Below, piece by piece: positions 60,257 to 64,000 of a stretch of 64,000 nt of DNA. The stretch spans positions 668,619 to 732,618 of the forward strand of contig CP064958.1 in assembly GCA_016699085.1 (NCBI GenBank). The letters are read 5' to 3'. The notes below the pieces were generated by a model, which searched no databases, was not told where the DNA came from, and worked only from the letters and a program-made list of their open reading frames with translations. Each line of letters begins with the position of its first letter. The stretch's first letter is position 1. A program made the translations under genes and the position numbers. This DNA comes from Candidatus Nomurabacteria bacterium. Its GTDB lineage: Bacteria > Patescibacteriota > Minisyncoccia > Phycocordibacterales > UBA9973.

Positions 60257-61987
60257 CTATTTATGTCTGTGCAGAATTCGCGCAATTTTAAGGTCGTTGT
60301 ATGAATACTTACCACCAAATTTTTCATACACAGGGGTTAGTTTATCTGTATCTAATCCTTCAAATGCCTTATGAATCTCTGGCATATACTGTATGAGTGT
60401 GGGGGTTAGTAGTCTTGAAAAATCAGAAGATGCGATTAAGCCTTTTGTAATTAACTTTTCAATATGATCAAAAATAGTTTGCTGGGTTAACCCACGTGCT
60501 TTGGCGATTTCTGATATTGTTTTTTCTTGCTGCCAAAGTGTTAAAGTTTCTAAAAGTGTATCTTGCTTTTTGTTTTTGATTTTTGTAACAGTTTTCGTCT
60601 CAAGTGTCCCCCCTGAAGCTTTGATAAAGTTTGTATGCAATACAGCGATTTTCTCTTGCGACATTTGCTCAAATGCTTCACTTGCAGCTTCAGCTTTTTC
60701 ACGAAATTCTCTATCTTTTATAAGAATGTCCGGATGCACCTTGAGTGCATGTTCATTGATACCGAGCAAGTAGAGGCCTGACAGATTCCTAAGCCGTGAC
60801 AGTGCGACATAGCCTTGACCGAACTCAAACACTTGCGACAGATCAATAATAGCTGCATCGAGACTCATGCCTTGACTCTTGTGCACCGTCATAGCCCATG
60901 CGAGACGTAGTGGAATTTGCGTAATATTTGCTTTTATTTTTCCATTTTCTTCGACTGCCCATTCCATAGGCTCTGCAGTGATTTGTTTTCCATTTCTCAC
61001 TTTTATGATCGGGTACCTTGTTCCTGGTTGAAATGCCTCTACGACCCCTAGCGTACCATTGACGAAACCTTCTTGAGGATTGTTCTTAGTAAACATAACA
61101 GTTGCACCAATCTTGAGTTCTAATACTTCCGGTGACAGACAACCCTTTTTTAGTATACTCACCAATATATCGCTACCATGTGATGTCATCACATATCGTT
61201 CACTTTTTGCATCAAGCTTTGCGAGAGCTTCATTGTTCATTATGTCTACTTGCGCATTATGCGAATAAAGCTTCGTCGTATGTTCAGGCACACTATCACT
61301 GGTTACCCGGCGAGACATAATATGGTCATAGTGTACTTCGGATACGCTGTCGGTTCGTATCGCATTCAAAAGTTCCAAAAATGCCATATCGTCTTGGCGA
61401 TGCTGCTCGTCCAGATAGCACACTATGGGCTTTGCATTTCGCCACGCATCCGATACATAGGCGAATCCGATCTGTTCCATCTCATCATTTTCATAGGTAC
61501 CGTCAGCGAGGAGCATTTGCTGCTTGCGTCTATCAATTTTTTGTGGAGCTGTTATAGGCGGCAACTGAAAAAAATCACCGACAAAGATAACCTGTATACC
61601 TCCAAACGGCATATCGTTTCGCTTGATAGTTCGGCAAACTGCATCAATCATTGAAACCATGTTCGCATGAAGCATCGATACTTCATCAATGATAAGGACA
61701 TTTGTTTTGTTTATTCTCTTAGTGATATATTCGCTACTTGAGATTTTATCGAGATCATAGTCACTCAGATAGGTTCGAATGCCAATACCACTCCAGGAGT
61801 GTATTGTCATACCATTGATATGCGTTGCAGCAATACCGGTCGAAGCAGTGATTGCAGGCTCAATCCCATGCTCACGTAAATACCGTATGTATGCCCTGGT
61901 CGTATGTGTCTTGCCAGAGCCAGGTTCCCCGGTCAAAAATACATTGGCTCCGGTTTTTAAAATAGTTAACGCTTGCTCTTGAGTCAT
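60257..61987 (-). CDS. Pif1/RecD-like SF1 helicase with C-terminal HTH domain
   Basis: Walker A GEPGSGKTH, Walker B IIDEVSM, Pif1-like motifs through VHKSQGM; ~120 aa C-terminal wHTH-like extension. Confidence 0.8.
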   Translation of the reverse strand: MTQEQALTILKTGANVFLTGEPGSGKTHTTRAYIRYLREHGIEPAITASTGIAATHINGMTIHSWSGIGIRTYLSDYDLDKISSSEYITKRINKTNVLIIDEVSMLHANMVSMIDAVCRTIKRNDMPFGGIQVIFVGDFFQLPPITAPQKIDRRKQQMLLADGTYENDEMEQIGFAYVSDAWRNAKPIVCYLDEQHRQDDMAFLELLNAIRTDSVSEVHYDHIMSRRVTSDSVPEHTTKLYSHNAQVDIMNNEALAKLDAKSERYVMTSHGSDILVSILKKGCLSPEVLELKIGATVMFTKNNPQEGFVNGTLGVVEAFQPGTRYPIIKVRNGKQITAEPMEWAVEENGKIKANITQIPLRLAWAMTVHKSQGMSLDAAIIDLSQVFEFGQGYVALSRLRNLSGLYLLGINEHALKVHPDILIKDREFREKAEAASEAFEQMSQEKIAVLHTNFIKASGGTLETKTVTKIKNKKQDTLLETLTLWQQEKTISEIAKARGLTQQTIFDHIEKLITKGLIASSDFSRLLTPTLIQYMPEIHKAFEGLDTDKLTPVYEKFGGKYSYNDLKIARILHRHK

Positions 61988-62011
61988 AGTGATACTTAGA
62001 AAAAGTAAGTA

Positions 62012-62287
62012 TTATCCCGTAATTTTGCAAAACTTCAGTATAGCAATTCCCTTGGTTGTTAATCCATGCCGAATTGATCTGCCGTCTGAACGTTTCATTA
62101 TAAGTCCTGTTTGCGCCAACTTGCGAATATGATCAGATATAGTATTAAAATTTACATTAAGTGACTTTGCAATTTCATCAACTGATAGTTCTGGAGTTTT
62201 GGCAAGTAAAAACAGAATTTCAATACGTCGATGATTTGCAAATCCTTTGAATGTACGTTCAAGTTTATAATAATCTTTTTGTTGCAT
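62012..62287 (-). CDS. ArsR/SmtB family transcriptional regulator
   Basis: 91 aa; HRRIEILFLLAK...LSVDEIAKSLNVNFNTISDHIRKL wHTH. Confidence 0.8.
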   Translation of the reverse strand: MQQKDYYKLERTFKGFANHRRIEILFLLAKTPELSVDEIAKSLNVNFNTISDHIRKLAQTGLIMKRSDGRSIRHGLTTKGIAILKFCKITG

Positions 62288-62317
62288 ATATAGTATCTTA
62301 TACCAACATTTTGCAAA
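62014..62317. repeat. 19 bp perfect inverted repeats bracketing the ArsR gene
   Basis: ATCCCGTAATTTTGCAAAA at 62014-62032 (encodes the ArsR C-terminus FCKITG*) and its reverse complement at 62299-62317 (12-30 nt upstream of the ArsR start). Confidence 0.85.
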
Positions 62318-62375
62318 ATTACGGGATAAGGAATGCTTTAAAATTTAAATTTACAATTTCCAAAAGAAATAAACA

Positions 62376-63068
62376 TTATAATGCTTGCAACTCTTGAATC
62401 GTTTCTTGGATATCAATACTTTTCCAGATTGCAGATCCTACCACCAACCGATTTGCTCCCGCTTTGACAAGCATTGGTGCAGTATCGAAACTAACCGCTC
62501 CATCAACACTGATAGTCAAATCATTATACTTTTCTCGAAGCGTACGAATATGTCCCAAAACTCGCTCATCGAAAGCTTCACCTTGGAAACCGTCATGTTC
62601 GATCCCCATGCATTGCACGAAATCAATATGCGGCGTCAATGGGAAAATTTTCTCTATAGGTGTTCGTGTATCGATTGACACACCGATTTCGATATTATCA
62701 CGTGTGTATATATCGATACCTTCGAGTACATCACGAAATGCATTATCAGTATTATCTTCAGCTTCCAGATGGAATACTAATCGCTTGGCTCCCAATGCTG
62801 TGAATGCTGGAATCTGACCACTTGCTCCTGCTACCATAAGATCAAATTCAAAATCAAACTGATCCCAATACGGCAAACCTTCTTCTTCCGCTATGATGCG
62901 TTCGTAGTATGTAGCGTCTTCTCCGTTGTACGGCCAGGTTATCGCTTTGACGAATTTGCCATCCATGAGATCAACCTGCACAGAATCAACTAGCCCCAAC
63001 ACAAGCGCGAGCTTTTCGCGAATATCATTGATATTTGTTGGCATTATTGCCGGAATAATGGTTACCAT
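62376..63068 (-). CDS. rpe: ribulose-phosphate 3-epimerase family protein
   Basis: IIPAIM, VDLMDGKFV, VDGAV...VVGSAIW align with Rpe motifs; contains a ~25 aa insertion. Confidence 0.6.
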   Translation of the reverse strand: MVTIIPAIMPTNINDIREKLALVLGLVDSVQVDLMDGKFVKAITWPYNGEDATYYERIIAEEEGLPYWDQFDFEFDLMVAGASGQIPAFTALGAKRLVFHLEAEDNTDNAFRDVLEGIDIYTRDNIEIGVSIDTRTPIEKIFPLTPHIDFVQCMGIEHDGFQGEAFDERVLGHIRTLREKYNDLTISVDGAVSFDTAPMLVKAGANRLVVGSAIWKSIDIQETIQELQAL

Positions 63069-63469
63069 TTGTTTTTTTCTAGTTCTATGTTTTCTAAAAT
63101 TTTTTCCTTACTATAAATACTTGATTGTATAAGCAAAGCAACTTCTCTTGCATCATCATATCTTTTGAGATCGATAAATTCTGTTGCTAATATGTCCAAC
63201 CAATAATCCAGTGTACTTAGGTTACCCCTCAGCTCAGGCGGAAGAGAAAGTATCGAGGTTTGCCAATCTTGCTTTATTTCATCTCCTAAGTTTGGATATG
63301 CATCTTTAAGGTTTTTTACCATTTCAAGCGCTTTATCATAATCTTTTGCTTTTACAATCTCTGCTATTTCTCTACCCGCTCTCCAAAATCGGCCTAGTGC
63401 CTCATCTTCTATGTGTACTATTTTCTCTTTTTCATTAATATCTTCAGGAGACATATTATTTTTTATCAA
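63062..63469 (-). CDS. hypothetical protein
   Basis: 135 aa, helical/charged, no recognisable domain. Confidence 0.4.
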   Translation of the reverse strand: MIKNNMSPEDINEKEKIVHIEDEALGRFWRAGREIAEIVKAKDYDKALEMVKNLKDAYPNLGDEIKQDWQTSILSLPPELRGNLSTLDYWLDILATEFIDLKRYDDAREVALLIQSSIYSKEKILENIELEKNKW

Positions 63470-63899
63470 TTTTTTCTATTCTCCTCACATGTCGCTCGTC
63501 ACCTGTAAATGAAGTTTCTAACCATAATTTTACAGCCTCTAAAGCTTCCCCCTCGAGAATCATATGTGCACCAAGGGAAAGAATATTGGCATCATTGTGT
63601 TCTCGCGAAAGCTTAATGATATCAAGTGCCCCACCATAATACACTGCAGCCCGAGCCCCACGCACGCGATTTGCAACAATTGCCTCTCCGGTTCCAGAGT
63701 TTCCAATCACAATACCTTTTGATTCTGAATCAGCAGCAACAGCCTCAGCAACTGGTCGACAAAAATCAGGATAGTCATCCGTCTCATCCAACGTATATGC
63801 GCCCTTATCTTCAAATGAATAGCCCGACTCATGCAAATGTGCCTTAAGCTTTTCTTTTAATTCAAACCCAGCGTGATCTGCACCAATGTAAATTTTCAT
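63456..63899 (-). CDS. rpiB: ribose-5-phosphate isomerase B
   Basis: MKIYIGADHAGFELK...GIVIGNSGTGEAIVANRV RpiB/LacAB signature. Confidence 0.9.
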   Translation of the reverse strand: MKIYIGADHAGFELKEKLKAHLHESGYSFEDKGAYTLDETDDYPDFCRPVAEAVAADSESKGIVIGNSGTGEAIVANRVRGARAAVYYGGALDIIKLSREHNDANILSLGAHMILEGEALEAVKLWLETSFTGDERHVRRIEKIDKK

Positions 63900-63900
63900 A

Positions 63901-64000
63901 TTATGATTGCTCCAAAATTATTTTCTTACTAAATCCTCCTCGTTCCTCAAATTTCTTCTGTTTTACTTGATCAATATCAAAACTTGAAAACTCTTTATAG
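63901..64000 (-). CDS. 3' end of an unidentified gene (partial, runs off window)
   Basis: open frame ...YKEFSSFDIDQVKQKKFEERGGFSKKIILEQS* ending 2 nt before the rpiB start. Confidence 0.3.
   Translation of the reverse strand, partial: YKEFSSFDIDQVKQKKFEERGGFSKKIILEQS

Overview
This 64 kb window is AT-rich and gene-dense, with genes on both strands. Long ORFs such as dnaK and glmS read through without interruption, so the standard bacterial genetic code applies. Gene content and architecture suggest a small-genome, Patescibacteria/CPR-like bacterium; this is inference from sequence alone. I call about 75 protein genes and group them by function:

- **Translation:** rpsI, rplU, rpmA, rplI, rpmE, rplY; the tRNA synthetases cysS, trpS, aspS (archaeal-type) and gltX; prfA; rsmI; trhO.
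- **Chaperones:** grpE, dnaK and dnaJ, which are dispersed rather than in an operon.
- **SOS response:** a lexA–GIY-YIG–dinB cassette.
- **Replication and segregation:** dnaB, recR, scpAB.
- **Cell wall:** a D,D-carboxypeptidase–mraY–ftsW–murG run, plus glmS, an M23 peptidase, ctpA and a lysozyme-like protein.
- **Energy:** a complete F1Fo ATP synthase operon with atpZ.
- **Carbon metabolism:** fba, a PfkB kinase, split transketolase, rpe and rpiB.
- **Transport:** mntH and an ABC exporter.

RNA features read directly from the sequence are a tRNA-His(GTG) at 21703-21777 (+), a tRNA-Ile(GAT) at 48291-48362 (-), a truncated tRNA-Ile 3'-half copy beside it, and a clear T-box leader (AGGGTGGCACCGCG plus terminator) upstream of aspS. 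Many hairpin-plus-T-run terminators are marked. I found no rRNA, CRISPR array, transposase or integrase.

The points most worth a second look are:

- A 19 bp motif, ATCCCGTAATTTTGCAAAA, present as a perfect 40 bp palindrome near aspS and as inverted copies bracketing an ArsR-family gene.
- A gram-positive-type LexA box inside the lexA promoter.
- Three small ORFs interleaved in the ATP synthase operon.
- The two transketolase half-genes separated by a three-gene cassette (EEP nuclease, DUF1653, hypothetical).
- A tRNA-Ile bracketed by 18 bp perfect inverted repeats with a partial duplicate beside it.
- An orphan promoter–micro-ORF–terminator unit.
- A PaaX-like regulator with a palindromic operator array.
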